Positions 1 to 9,413 of a stretch of 64,000 nucleotides of DNA are shown piece after piece (the stretch's first letter is position 1; every line of letters starts with the position of its first letter). The stretch is from an uncultured Gammaproteobacteria bacterium (GTDB lineage Bacteria; Patescibacteriota; Microgenomatia; Levybacterales; GWA1-39-11), in the NCBI GenBank assembly GCA_964568885.1, contig CAZMSF010000002.1, forward strand, positions 4,367-68,366, read 5' to 3'. Under the pieces are notes generated by a model that saw only the letters and a program-made list of their open reading frames with translations, was not told the origin of the DNA and ran no database searches. The translations under genes and the position numbers were made by a program.

Positions 1-673
1 ATTTGTGGGTTGTTGTCATTATGATATGAGCGTATGGTGCGGGAGATGGATGGGAGCCTCCAACGACAAGTCCTGAAATGTGTGATATATCGGCTAGAAG
101 ATACGCGTTTACCTTATCCGCAATTTCCCCAAAACGCTGAAAATCGATAATCCGCGGATATGCAGTAAAACCGCACACAATAATTTTTGGCTTTTCCTTT
201 GTGGCAAGCTTTTCAATTTCATCGTAATCAAGCAACCCCTCTTTTGTGACAGGAAAGCTGACAGTCTTAAAATATTTCCCCGAAAAACTGACGGGTGAAC
301 CATGTGTCAAATGACCGCCGGAAGAAAGAGCAAGGCCCATTATTTTGTCTTTGAGGGGCTCAAGGAGTGCAAAATACACTGCGGTATTTGCGGGACTCCC
401 GGAATATGGTTGGACGTTGACATGCGCAACTTTAAACAATTTTTTTGCCCTTTCTATTGCGGTCAATTCCACGTCATCAACATTTGCGTTTCCCTGATAG
501 TATCGTTTCTTTGAATACCCTTCCGAATATTTATTAGTGAAAACGGAGGAGAGGGTCGCGCGGACTTCAAGGGATGCATAATTTTCCGAGGGGATAAGTG
601 TTATCGTGTCACGTTGCCTCTTATCTTCTTTCTGAAGGAGTGAGTAGATATGTGGATCTTTTTGTGACAACAT
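1..673 (-). CDS. glyA: Serine hydroxymethyltransferase, N-terminal ~224 aa (runs off the window start)
   Basis: Not in the ORF track. Manual translation from ATG at 673: MLSQKDPHIY...LIPSENYAS...NKYSEGY..RYYQG...NVQPYSGSPAN...GGHLTHG...DISHISGLV...MTTTHK (PLP lysine motif). Confidence 0.97.
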   Translation of the reverse strand, partial: MLSQKDPHIYSLLQKEDKRQRDTITLIPSENYASLEVRATLSSVFTNKYSEGYSKKRYYQGNANVDDVELTAIERAKKLFKVAHVNVQPYSGSPANTAVYFALLEPLKDKIMGLALSSGGHLTHGSPVSFSGKYFKTVSFPVTKEGLLDYDEIEKLATKEKPKIIVCGFTAYPRIIDFQRFGEIADKVNAYLLADISHISGLVVGGSHPSPAPYAHIIMTTTHK

Positions 674-687
674 CGTAATTACGAAAA

Positions 688-716
688 AGAATATATGAGA
701 ATGAGTCAATTGTCAA
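688..716 (-). promoter_or_regulatory. sigma70-type promoter for glyA
   Basis: Minus strand TTGACA-17 nt-TATTCT, 14 nt upstream of the ATG. Confidence 0.6.
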
Positions 717-767
717 CAATATTGTTATGAGTTGTTTGTTTGTACTTTCGTTCCGGCGAAAATATGT

Positions 768-2144
768 TTATTGAAAACAGCTAAAGGGGTACTTTGTGGA
801 TTTTTTGAAAATTCCTCCCCACTCAACCATTGTAAATCCTTGTCTTGCCGTATTTGTGATTGTGGGAGCCGTAACGCTTATGGGAGCATCAAGCGGTTCG
901 AAATAAAGGGTAACGCGGATTGAAGTTTGTGGTTTTGGTGTAATTGTTAGGGGCGAGATAGCATCAAGATTTGCAGTAGGAACAACTCCCACAAAATAAT
1001 ACGGTGCATCCGGTAAAACCCCCGTCCAGTATTCAGCAAATTGGCCCTCTTCTTTGTTGTTCAATCCCAGTTTTGGAAGAATTTTGGAAAGCAACGTTTT
1101 AATTTCATCTTTTTTAACCACGAATCCTTTGGTCGGTTTTTCTATTTTTTCGTCAGGAATTTCTGCCTCGTAGTAGAGATAATCAAAGTTTGTACTCCCT
1201 GAAAGTATTGTTCCATCGGGATGGGCAATTACATTCCACCCCCCGTTAGGATATGGAGGAATAGTAAGTTTTACCGGGCCGACGGGATTTACTGTTACGT
1301 TAACCGGAGTTGTTGTTGTTGGATACAAATAGATGGCGGGTTTGCAAAATGGTGAAAGCCAAGGGACGAGGAGATTATCTTGTTGGATTTGAAATGTCTT
1401 GAGCTGCAGATTGTCTTTGGCGCCTGCCTGTAAAGTGGGGGTCACGATATGTTGCTGTCCGCCGGTCGTGCTACCGGTCGGTAGTGCAGAGGTGTCGCAA
1501 TTTTTTATAAAGTCCGGAACGCCGGGGGAGTTAACATCTGAAAGTTTGAAGTATGCATCATACTGAGAGTCTTGGTCTCCGTAGCACGTAACCTCAGGCC
1601 CCCACATACCGCTGCACGTTGCCGGATGACAATTTTTCTTGCAGACATAAATGATTTCGTCATTTGGAATTGAGACGCAGTAAGGAACCGATTGGGGGCT
1701 TCCGATTTGGATAGGGGGAGGGGGAACGCTTTTCAGATATTTGTCTTTAGGCTCCGTTCTGCAATAGGGGGTTGCGTACTGGGCCGGAATGATATGGGTA
1801 TCTGAAGAATTGAGTACAATTGGCTGGCCGTTGTATTGTTGCCCTGAATCTTTTAAGTGCACATTTCCTTCCATGAGAATTGTATTTGTACGAAGGAGCC
1901 CGTATTCAGCGCCATTGAAAGTGAGTTTTTGTCCGTCTCCAGTTTGGGGTTTGCAATCGTTTCCGCTACCAGTATCGCAACATGAAAGAACCGCTCCGTT
2001 ACCATTGGGTCCCGTAGGGGCGGATTTATTGACCAGGGTGTTACTGACCAAAAAAATAGCAAGAAAAAGTAGCGCAAGAAGCATGAGAGGAGTAATAATG
2101 CCTCCATGAGAATAGCGGATAAAACGTCTTCTTTTCTTCGCCAT
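768..2144 (-). CDS. Membrane-anchored surface protein: Cys-rich region plus C-terminal KPxIYLYP...VEWGG domain
   Basis: Likely start MAKKRRRF at 2144 (TGCTTTAAT 6 nt upstream). N-terminal TM helix; KPAIYLYP, YLYYEA and GFTMVEWGG motifs. Confidence 0.85.
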   Translation of the reverse strand: MAKKRRRFIRYSHGGIITPLMLLALLFLAIFLVSNTLVNKSAPTGPNGNGAVLSCCDTGSGNDCKPQTGDGQKLTFNGAEYGLLRTNTILMEGNVHLKDSGQQYNGQPIVLNSSDTHIIPAQYATPYCRTEPKDKYLKSVPPPPIQIGSPQSVPYCVSIPNDEIIYVCKKNCHPATCSGMWGPEVTCYGDQDSQYDAYFKLSDVNSPGVPDFIKNCDTSALPTGSTTGGQQHIVTPTLQAGAKDNLQLKTFQIQQDNLLVPWLSPFCKPAIYLYPTTTTPVNVTVNPVGPVKLTIPPYPNGGWNVIAHPDGTILSGSTNFDYLYYEAEIPDEKIEKPTKGFVVKKDEIKTLLSKILPKLGLNNKEEGQFAEYWTGVLPDAPYYFVGVVPTANLDAISPLTITPKPQTSIRVTLYFEPLDAPISVTAPTITNTARQGFTMVEWGGIFKKSTKYPFSCFQ

Positions 2145-2220
2145 ACATTTATTAAAGCACTTCGAAAATTGAAATACAAAATTGGTTGACTTATTTTGCA
2201 ATTTTTGAAACGATAGAGCC

Positions 2221-2841
2221 ATGGAGGAGATTATTGACAGGCTTGGATGGAAAAAAGCTGCGATAATTCTTGTGGGATTATCAATTCTTGGAATTCTCTT
2301 TGCGCTCCTCTCCTTTTCAAATTCGGAAAAACAAATTCAAGATGTAGGGGTTAAGGCAGGACAAAAGCAGCAAGGTGAATCTAGTACTTCAACAACGAGC
2401 AGTAACAATAACCTGCCCAATAGTGGGGGAACGGCACCTGCGCAGAACCTAAAAACATACACGACCACGTATTTCCAGATTTCATATCCCGAAAAATATA
2501 ATGGCGTTCCCTATACTGCGTCAAAAGGGGTCCTTGCAAATCTTAAATTAGAAAATCCCGATTCGACAAAGAAAATCGAAATTGTTGTTTTTGATTCGTC
2601 AATGAGTTTTACCAAGCTCTCACAACCATTTGAGGTATTTAAATATGCAAAAAGTTCTATAGGACTCAACGCACTGACCGGCACAATGTACAAGGGGAGT
2701 GTTGCGGGAACAGGAATTCGTGAGGTAGTTGTATTGGTTCCCAAAAACAGCACGACAATCCGGATAATGGCAACGTATCAGGGGAAAGAGGACGTGAATT
2801 TCGAAAACGAATTTAACAGTATTGTAAACAGCTTGAATTAA
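2221..2841 (+). CDS. Single-TM exported protein with PsbP-like C-terminal domain
   Basis: TM helix, low-complexity linker, then TYTTTYFQISYPE ... FNSIVNS pattern typical of PsbP-like folds. Confidence 0.65.
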   Translation: MEEIIDRLGWKKAAIILVGLSILGILFALLSFSNSEKQIQDVGVKAGQKQQGESSTSTTSSNNNLPNSGGTAPAQNLKTYTTTYFQISYPEKYNGVPYTASKGVLANLKLENPDSTKKIEIVVFDSSMSFTKLSQPFEVFKYAKSSIGLNALTGTMYKGSVAGTGIREVVVLVPKNSTTIRIMATYQGKEDVNFENEFNSIVNSLN

Positions 2842-2867
2842 ACGACCCCTGAAAAAACCAGCTCTTC

Positions 2868-2888
2868 TTATTTCCCGATGACTCCTCC
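2868..2888 (-). repeat. Orphan duplicate of the last 7 codons (GGVIGK*) of CDS 2943-3929
   Basis: Minus strand GGA GGA GTC ATC GGG AAA TAA versus gene end GGA GGA GTT ATC GGA AGA TAA. Confidence 0.8.
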
Positions 2889-2942
2889 GCCCCAAGGGCA
2901 CTTGCCATATTATGGTGGCGCCCAAAAAGATGAGGGTCGTCG

Positions 2943-3929
2943 TTATCTTCCGATAACTCCTCCCCATTCGACAGCAGTAAAACCGGTTCTTTTTGGAGCC
3001 TCCGGCAAGATAAGCGAAGTCACTGTTTCATTATCCGCAAGAGGAGCAAAGTAAGCGATAAATTCAATCATGGTATCGGGCTTTGGCGAAATACTAACTT
3101 TATCAACACGCTCCTTTTCATCACGGTCCAATACCGAAACAAATATTCTATCGGTTTTTATGCTTTGGAGGCGTGGTATCCACCAATCCAAAAATTCTTG
3201 TTGCTCGTCAGTTCTTGTCAGTCCAAGTTTTGCGATAAATGCTAAAAGTTCTGTTTTTAGGTTTTGTTTATTCATTGCTATCCCTGCTTTCGGCCGATTC
3301 AAAGCTTGAGACTGCGTCTCGTAAAAAAGTTCACGGTATTGCTTGTTTTGATATTCCAAAGTGCCATCGGGATTTGCCAAAACATTTTTCCAGCCGCCCG
3401 TTGGGTAGAGGGGGTCGCTTATGAAAATATTGCCGGCGGTTTCAACCGAAACGTTAACACTTGTTGGTTTTTCGGGATACAAATAGATAACAGGCTTGCC
3501 AATGCAGTACCATCCATCTCCATCCTGCCCAAAAATTTGACACCAATTTGATTGATCAACTTGCGTGCACGACATGCCGGACGGGATGCCGGATTTTGAA
3601 TAGTCAATATCTTTACAAGAACCGCCCTCGCATTTGATAAGCCAGGCCACACACTGGCATTTGTCAGGATCCGCTTTTTTTGACATGTCGTGATTGCATG
3701 AGTCGGTTGCAGGGGTGGGTTTTGGTTGGAATGAGACATTCTTCAGTTGAATATTTTGTTTGCCGCCTCCTCCTTCGGTTTGGGCTTGTCCATATTCCTC
3801 TTTCGAGTCTGTTGCACTTTTGTTGTAAAGGGTTCCGCTTGTGAGGAGCACCCCAAAAGCAACGACGATAAAAAGAATTGGAACGATAACATTACCCTTC
3901 ATGAATTTTGAATTATATTTATGATTCAT
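2943..3929 (-). CDS. Surface protein with pilin-like N-terminus, small Cys-rich domain and KPVIYLYP...VEWGG domain
   Basis: MKG|NVIVPILF hydrophobic helix; six-Cys region; KPVIYLYP; close paralog of 4017-5039. Confidence 0.88.
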   Translation of the reverse strand: MNHKYNSKFMKGNVIVPILFIVVAFGVLLTSGTLYNKSATDSKEEYGQAQTEGGGGKQNIQLKNVSFQPKPTPATDSCNHDMSKKADPDKCQCVAWLIKCEGGSCKDIDYSKSGIPSGMSCTQVDQSNWCQIFGQDGDGWYCIGKPVIYLYPEKPTSVNVSVETAGNIFISDPLYPTGGWKNVLANPDGTLEYQNKQYRELFYETQSQALNRPKAGIAMNKQNLKTELLAFIAKLGLTRTDEQQEFLDWWIPRLQSIKTDRIFVSVLDRDEKERVDKVSISPKPDTMIEFIAYFAPLADNETVTSLILPEAPKRTGFTAVEWGGVIGR

Positions 3930-3946
3930 TTGCCAATGACGCCTCC
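3926..3946 (-). repeat. Orphan alternative C-terminus (GGVIGK*) of CDS 4017-5039
   Basis: Minus strand GGA GGC GTC ATT GGC AAA TGA; its TGA overlaps the ATG at 3929 (ATGA coupling). Confidence 0.75.
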
Positions 3947-4016
3947 CTCCTCCAGAGGACTAGGTATTTCCCTCCGAGAGGATTAGCTATTTTATAGCGG
4001 CACATACCGTCGCATT

Positions 4017-5039
4017 CTAATTTGTTGGGTCGGTGTCTACGACACCTCCCCATTCAATAGCGGTAAAACCTACTCGTTTCGGCGCCTCAGGTAAAACAAG
4101 AGGTTTGACAGTTTCATTGTCCAAGAGTGGAGCAAAGTACACAATAAATTGAATAAATGTATCCGGTTTTGGAGAAATGGAAACATTATCGACCCGGGCT
4201 TTTTCATCTTTTTCAAGAACTGAGACAAATATTCTGTCGGTTTTTAATGTTTGAAGTTTTGGTGTCCACCAATCCAAAAATTCCTGTTGCTCGTCCTTTC
4301 GCGTTAAGCCGAGTTTTTCGATAAAATCAAGAAGCTCTGTTTTTAGGTTTTGTTTATCAATAATCACTCCTGTCTTCGGCCGATTTATCGTTTGAGTGTT
4401 AGATTCGTAAAATAACTCTCTGTACTGCTTGTTTTGATATACGAGTGTGCCGTTGGGATGTGCCAATACATTCTTCCAGCCGCCGGTTGGATAGTGCGGG
4501 TCGCTTACGAAAATATTTTCTTCGGGTGTGACTTTTACATCAACAAGTATCGGTTGTTCCGGATAGAGATAAATAACAGGTTTTCCGATACAAAAAGTTC
4601 CATTCATGCCACCCGGGCATATAGAGCACCACCCGTTTTGGTCTACTTGTGCACAGGTGTACGTTTTAAAAGCGGAACCTGATTTGTCCAGATCAACCTT
4701 TACGCATTTCCCGTTTTCACAAGTCAAATGAAGGTCAGGACACGTACATTCGTCTCCAACGGGCTGACAGCTATCTGCAAAACACCCTGCTGAGGGAACG
4801 GGAGTCGGAGTCGGAGGTACAGGTGTAGGGGTTGAGAAATTTACTTTTGTCATTTGCAACCCTTTGGTATTTGAGGACTGCTGGTCGGCAACGGTATAGC
4901 TGACATTTTCTTCACCGGTAGATGACTTTGGGCCTTGGAAGAAACCGGTCGAGCCCATAAGCACAATAACCGCAAGTCCGGCAATAAAAATTCCAAGTGC
5001 GGAAAATCCTCTTTGGGAATTTAGGGTGCAAAACTTCAT
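4017..5039 (-). CDS. Surface protein with class III (prepilin-like) signal, Cys-rich domain and KPVIYLYP...IEWGG domain
   Basis: SQRG|FSALGIFIAG; PT-rich linker; KPVIYLYP; GFTAIEWGG. Confidence 0.88.
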   Translation of the reverse strand: MKFCTLNSQRGFSALGIFIAGLAVIVLMGSTGFFQGPKSSTGEENVSYTVADQQSSNTKGLQMTKVNFSTPTPVPPTPTPVPSAGCFADSCQPVGDECTCPDLHLTCENGKCVKVDLDKSGSAFKTYTCAQVDQNGWCSICPGGMNGTFCIGKPVIYLYPEQPILVDVKVTPEENIFVSDPHYPTGGWKNVLAHPNGTLVYQNKQYRELFYESNTQTINRPKTGVIIDKQNLKTELLDFIEKLGLTRKDEQQEFLDWWTPKLQTLKTDRIFVSVLEKDEKARVDNVSISPKPDTFIQFIVYFAPLLDNETVKPLVLPEAPKRVGFTAIEWGGVVDTDPTN

Positions 5040-5081
5040 ATTGTTATTGTATTGTGTTTTTCAAAAACAGTCAAAGAAGAA

Positions 5082-5801
5082 CTATTTTTGGATAGCAGAA
5101 GTTGGGGAGAGGTGTTTGAGTCCGGGAGGAAGAGTGATAACGACCTGATTTTTGGTAAGGTTTGTGTGTTCGCCTTGTTTTGCGTAAAGAAAGCCCGTTA
5201 ATTGAGTTAGCTCAAGGGTCGTTGAGAGAACGGCAACTTTTAAGGGCTTTACCGTAAAGTTGATTTCGGCAATTTTTCCCGAACCTGCCAGTTCCTGCAT
5301 GCCGTCAGGAAGCTTGAGGGTTATTGTTTTTTCTCCAGGGGTTGGGTCATTGATATCGGGATTTATGAGTTTTAATGAATAACCGAGCGCCGAAGTATTG
5401 TCCTGGTAAGGCGTAATGGTTACGTTGTCAAGTAAATTCGGATTGTATTTTACAGAAATAACGACTCCGGAAATTTTCCGGGCGTCGGTGTTTATGATGA
5501 CATCAATTGTTGTTTTCTTGCCAGGCGTGCCAATGATGTTAACGGGTGTCAAGAGTAAGCTTCCATACAGTTCTTGTTTTGGCCCTTCGTCTTTCGCTGT
5601 TTTTGATAATTTCAGTTTTTGAGAATACAAAACTCCAAAGAGTATGCTTGCAAGAACAAGAAAAAGCATCCCGAAAAGTGCGATGGCAACTTTCTTGTTC
5701 TTGCGAATAGTGGAGGTTAATGATTTGAGAGTCAAGGGCTCACGCGATGGAGTTTCTTTTGTTTCAACTGGTTGATTTTGCACTTCGTTTTCCATATCCA
5801 T
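5082..5801 (-). CDS. Single-TM protein with cohesin-like beta-sandwich domain
   Basis: TM helix; IDVIINT...ISGVVISVKYNPNLL...GSGKIAEINFTV cohesin-like pattern. Confidence 0.7.
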   Translation of the reverse strand: MDMENEVQNQPVETKETPSREPLTLKSLTSTIRKNKKVAIALFGMLFLVLASILFGVLYSQKLKLSKTAKDEGPKQELYGSLLLTPVNIIGTPGKKTTIDVIINTDARKISGVVISVKYNPNLLDNVTITPYQDNTSALGYSLKLINPDINDPTPGEKTITLKLPDGMQELAGSGKIAEINFTVKPLKVAVLSTTLELTQLTGFLYAKQGEHTNLTKNQVVITLPPGLKHLSPTSAIQK

Positions 5802-5811
5802 TTATCGTACC

Positions 5812-8406
5812 TTATGGCGTACAGACATAGCAATTTGTTTGTGTGCCCGAGCCCAAGTCACAACCATTTCCTTCGCCTTTCCATCCCCAATATCCTGTTC
5901 CGCCTGGGTAGAAGCATTGCATGTTGGCCTCTGATGCGCTTCCGCACATTGAGTTTGCAGGATGTCCTACACAGCTTGAAGGAGGAGTATACGATGATGT
6001 TGGAGCCGGGGCCGTCGTAGTAGATGGTACGGGAGCAGTTGTTCCGCCACCGGGAGCAGGAGTAGTGGTAGTTGTGCTACCTCCCGGCCTCTTTGTGCAG
6101 CAGACATTCGGCCGTCCGTTTGTCTCGCTGCAAACTCTGTCTCCATTTGTTCCTCCGGGGCCTATTGGCGCATGGTCGTAACCTGCAAGACATTGTGTCC
6201 CATCCTGACACTCATTGTTGGTGAGTCCACCTGCAGCGTTGTAATAAGGACAGTCCGCTTGATAACCGCTTCCTCCGCCGCTACTGCCGGTAGGCGAAGG
6301 TGAGACATATGGGGTTGCACTCATGCATGCTGCGGTATTTTGTACATCAGTTTGAGACTGAGCGCACCAGCGGCCCGTTGCACAAAATTGTCCATTAGGA
6401 TTATCGGGAGGAAATACCTTACCTGAAGCTTCTTTATAGCATCCAAGCGTTCCACCGCATCCGCCTCCTGTAGGACATGCACACCCTACACCCCAATTGC
6501 CGAAATTTGCCGCAGAACAATTGTTTGAGGCACCCGGAGTTGGAGTGAAGGCCACCCCTCCTTTATATTGGCAGGTGTAACTGTTGGGATACAAGGGGTT
6601 GGGATTTGTGCACTCAAGGTTTTTATTCGGTTCACAACAATAGATTTTATTAGAATAGTCATTGGGATGACAAGTCTGCCCTTGATAGGCGGTACAATTT
6701 GCATCGGGTCCTACAGTTGGCGAAGGAGTAGTAGTGCCTCCTGTTGCCGGACACCAAGGGGGAGAAGAGCAGGTATTTCCTCCGCTTGGGACATAATCGA
6801 CATATCGTTGACTTGTTGACGGGTCGATATTTTGGCAGATGTATTTGTCTTTGTAGACACCGCCGCAGAATTCGCGCGCTGCTGCCTTTGTCGCGTCAAA
6901 AAGCTTTTCGTTACATGTGCCATTAACATATGACAAAACTCCGCCTTTTACTCCGGCGCATGGACCCGATGCTGGGCCGGGTGTTCCTCCGCCAGGAGAT
7001 GTTGTTCCTCCGCCTGGAGCCGGGGTGGAGGAGCTACCTCCAATGCTCGAGCCATAATACTGAGCATATTTGTCCGGGTCATAGCAGCATATTCCCCCGT
7101 TGCATTTGTCATTGCCATAATTATCGTGGCCTGATGCTTTGTAATCAACGGTATGTTTGTCTCCGTTCACGCCACAAGATGATAAGCATGCAAACGTGCC
7201 ATTGATATTGCCAACAGCGGTGCAACTGTTAGGATCCGAAGAAGGTGGGGGAGTACTTGCGGGTGGAGGTGTGGCACCAGCGGCAGCGTCACACCTCAGG
7301 GAGGAAGTATTGCATTTTTGTGAAGCACAAACAACATTTACAGGCAAACCTTGAGAAGCATAGTCCTCACAAAGAGCATTAGTACCCCCTTGCGAAGTGG
7401 AGACACAAGAACTGCTCCCTTTTTGACCTTTTACATTGCTAATGCAGAATTGATTTGCAGGACAGTCAGAGTGAGTTTTGCAGCTTTCACCTGAGGCTAA
7501 CGGTGCCTCGCATTTCAGTGTATAGGCATTGCATTTTTGTGAAGCGCAAACAATATTTACCGGTAGTCCCTGGGAAGCATAGTCCTCACAAAGAGCATTT
7601 TCCCCACCCACCCTAGATCCAACACAAGAGCTACTTCCTTTTTGACCTTTTACATTGCTAATGCAGAATTGATTTGCAGGACAGTCAGAGTGAGTTCTGC
7701 AGCTTTCATTTGAAGTAGGAGGTGTAGCAGGCGGGTTTTCGCATACATCAAGCGACTTATTACAGTAGCTCGAAGCACAGTGTTCGTTTTCAAAACAGGG
7801 TTCTCCCAATCCCTGCTGGTACTTACCACAGTATCCTATCATTCCAGCATCAGGTCCAGCTGTTTTTGCTCCGGGGATACAATACTGACCTGGGCTTGAG
7901 TAACAAGCGCCGGTGTAGCAAGTTTGTCCAACATCTTGTTTCGTTTGACATCGTTGAGCATCTCCTTTGCCGCCTCGATAGACAAAGCACTCATCTAAAT
8001 GGTCTTTGCATTGATTTATAGATAGTGAGCCACAATCTACCGGTTTACGGACACAATATCCACACCTTCCATAGCCTATATCTTGGATAACACATTGATT
8101 ATCAAAGCAGTTGTGTAGATTGGCCTGACCATAAGAAAGATAATTTCCATTTCTGGTCGATGTGCAAGTATTTAAATCGGACCCACAATATTCGTATTCA
8201 ATATAGCCTCCCAACTGAGAATTGTAAGAACCGATTTGTGCTCCCAAAACACCTTTTTGTTTAATGCCGGAATAACTATTATTTGCAGCATAAGCTACTC
8301 CCTTTGTGGAGTTTAGAAATGAGAGGAGTCCGTAGATAATTCCTATAGCCAATAAAAGGATGAATAGAGGTAAATATAATGCTTTCAGTTTAACGAATAA
8401 GTTCAT
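5812..8406 (-). CDS. Large secreted or anchored Cys-rich protein with G/T/P linkers and an internal 73-aa duplication
   Basis: 864 aa ORF; N-terminal hydrophobic helix; GVLGA motif; many Cys modules. Confidence 0.9.
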   Translation of the reverse strand: MNLFVKLKALYLPLFILLLAIGIIYGLLSFLNSTKGVAYAANNSYSGIKQKGVLGAQIGSYNSQLGGYIEYEYCGSDLNTCTSTRNGNYLSYGQANLHNCFDNQCVIQDIGYGRCGYCVRKPVDCGSLSINQCKDHLDECFVYRGGKGDAQRCQTKQDVGQTCYTGACYSSPGQYCIPGAKTAGPDAGMIGYCGKYQQGLGEPCFENEHCASSYCNKSLDVCENPPATPPTSNESCRTHSDCPANQFCISNVKGQKGSSSCVGSRVGGENALCEDYASQGLPVNIVCASQKCNAYTLKCEAPLASGESCKTHSDCPANQFCISNVKGQKGSSSCVSTSQGGTNALCEDYASQGLPVNVVCASQKCNTSSLRCDAAAGATPPPASTPPPSSDPNSCTAVGNINGTFACLSSCGVNGDKHTVDYKASGHDNYGNDKCNGGICCYDPDKYAQYYGSSIGGSSSTPAPGGGTTSPGGGTPGPASGPCAGVKGGVLSYVNGTCNEKLFDATKAAAREFCGGVYKDKYICQNIDPSTSQRYVDYVPSGGNTCSSPPWCPATGGTTTPSPTVGPDANCTAYQGQTCHPNDYSNKIYCCEPNKNLECTNPNPLYPNSYTCQYKGGVAFTPTPGASNNCSAANFGNWGVGCACPTGGGCGGTLGCYKEASGKVFPPDNPNGQFCATGRWCAQSQTDVQNTAACMSATPYVSPSPTGSSGGGSGYQADCPYYNAAGGLTNNECQDGTQCLAGYDHAPIGPGGTNGDRVCSETNGRPNVCCTKRPGGSTTTTTPAPGGGTTAPVPSTTTAPAPTSSYTPPSSCVGHPANSMCGSASEANMQCFYPGGTGYWGWKGEGNGCDLGSGTQTNCYVCTP
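7290..7708 (-). repeat. Intragenic tandem duplication, 219-nt period
   Basis: ESC(R/K)THSDCPANQFCISNVKGQKGSSSCV...CEDYASQGLPVN(I/V)VCASQKCN occurs twice; cagctttca at 7481 and 7700. Confidence 0.95.
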
Positions 8407-8451
8407 AAACCGGCTAATATAATCTCAGAATACGATGTTTTAAACTCAAAG

Positions 8452-8973
8452 TCAACAGCCCGTCGCAGCACCGTTGTAGGTTTTGTTAATTATGGCACCC
8501 GATGAGACGGTTATCTTCCAAGCTGCGTTTCCGAACCCGTCGTCGTTACTTAAAGTCAACGGATACGTTTGGGATGGTGGAACAAAAGGCTGAGAACCGA
8601 TGGTTTTTGTTGCGCTGGATAGTTCTACCGTTGCTCCTGTCGTACCTTCGACCTTTACGCTCCCCGTCATGTAGGGTGCTTTTCCTTGTTTGCATCCATC
8701 AAAAGTGACGATTACGCTCCATTCTGATGGAGGGCCTGAGGGAGTGGTGGTGCCTGTCGTGCCGGGGGTTCCGGATGTGCCACCCGGTGTGGGAGTGTCT
8801 ATGACGGAAGATGGCTCATTGCCGGAAAAAAGACTGCCGCCGCCACCTGCAAGCATGATGGCAAAAACAACAACGATTATGAAAAGAATAATATAGGAAG
8901 ATGATTGACCACGTTGGGAGACTAATGATTTATGGTTAATAGTTAATAGTTGATGGAAAAATTTAATAGGCAT
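8452..8973 (-). CDS. Small pilin-like exported protein
   Basis: SQRG|QSSSYIILFIIVVVFAIML prepilin-like N-terminus; T/P/G linker; small beta domain with two Cys. Confidence 0.75.
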   Translation of the reverse strand: MPIKFFHQLLTINHKSLVSQRGQSSSYIILFIIVVVFAIMLAGGGGSLFSGNEPSSVIDTPTPGGTSGTPGTTGTTTPSGPPSEWSVIVTFDGCKQGKAPYMTGSVKVEGTTGATVELSSATKTIGSQPFVPPSQTYPLTLSNDDGFGNAAWKITVSSGAIINKTYNGAATGC

Positions 8974-9054
8974 ACATAATTAAGTATTAAGTATCACGGT
9001 TCGTATTGCAATTTGCAAAGTGAACTGAGCGATGTATTAAGTATCAAGTGGGTA

Positions 9055-9348
9055 TCAGTTCTGTGATGCTTCGAGGGTGGTGATTCTTTTTTCGTGGGCG
9101 GAAATTACTTTATCATTTCGTTCAAAGTGAAGTGTTGAAGCTACATTTTCTTCACGAATATCTACTAATTCTTTCAAAATCCTATCTTGGGTTGTTTGTA
9201 TTGTATCCAGCTTGTCATAAATTTGGTTTGATACGTCTTGAACTACTTGCTTCAGGTCGTCCTTTGTCGCAAAATTTGCTAGTTTTTGATCGAGGTAGGA
9301 TTTTGTTACAGGTTTGTCTTTTTTTTCTGCGGTTGTCACTTTTTTCAT
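9055..9348 (-). CDS. Small coiled-coil protein (FATKDDLK type)
   Basis: 97 aa with heptad pattern and HEKRITTLE C-terminus; putative own promoter TTGAAG-16-TATTCT upstream. Confidence 0.75.
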   Translation of the reverse strand: MKKVTTAEKKDKPVTKSYLDQKLANFATKDDLKQVVQDVSNQIYDKLDTIQTTQDRILKELVDIREENVASTLHFERNDKVISAHEKRITTLEASQN

Positions 9349-9413
9349 AGAGATATCTAGAATATCACTTTGTGGTTAATCTTCAATAAGACAAACTACA
9401 ACAGTTCGTGAGG

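Noticed and set aside
2145-2222. N-terminal extension of ORF 768-2222 (also the extensions at 11239, 29112, 34462, 44755, 60226)
   Set aside because: They overlap promoter or intergenic sequence; downstream ATGs fit the -10/SD positions or protein features better.
2943-5039. Paralog pair as DGR target and template
   Set aside because: Differences are spread throughout and include many synonymous changes; ordinary paralogy.
7290-7708. DGR template/variable repeat pair
   Set aside because: Both copies are in frame in one gene, the differences are not adenine-specific, and no reverse transcriptase is present.
8997-9033. Remnant of the vWA C-terminus as a fifth scar
   Set aside because: Only a weak, gapped ~10-nt similarity with no in-frame translation match.
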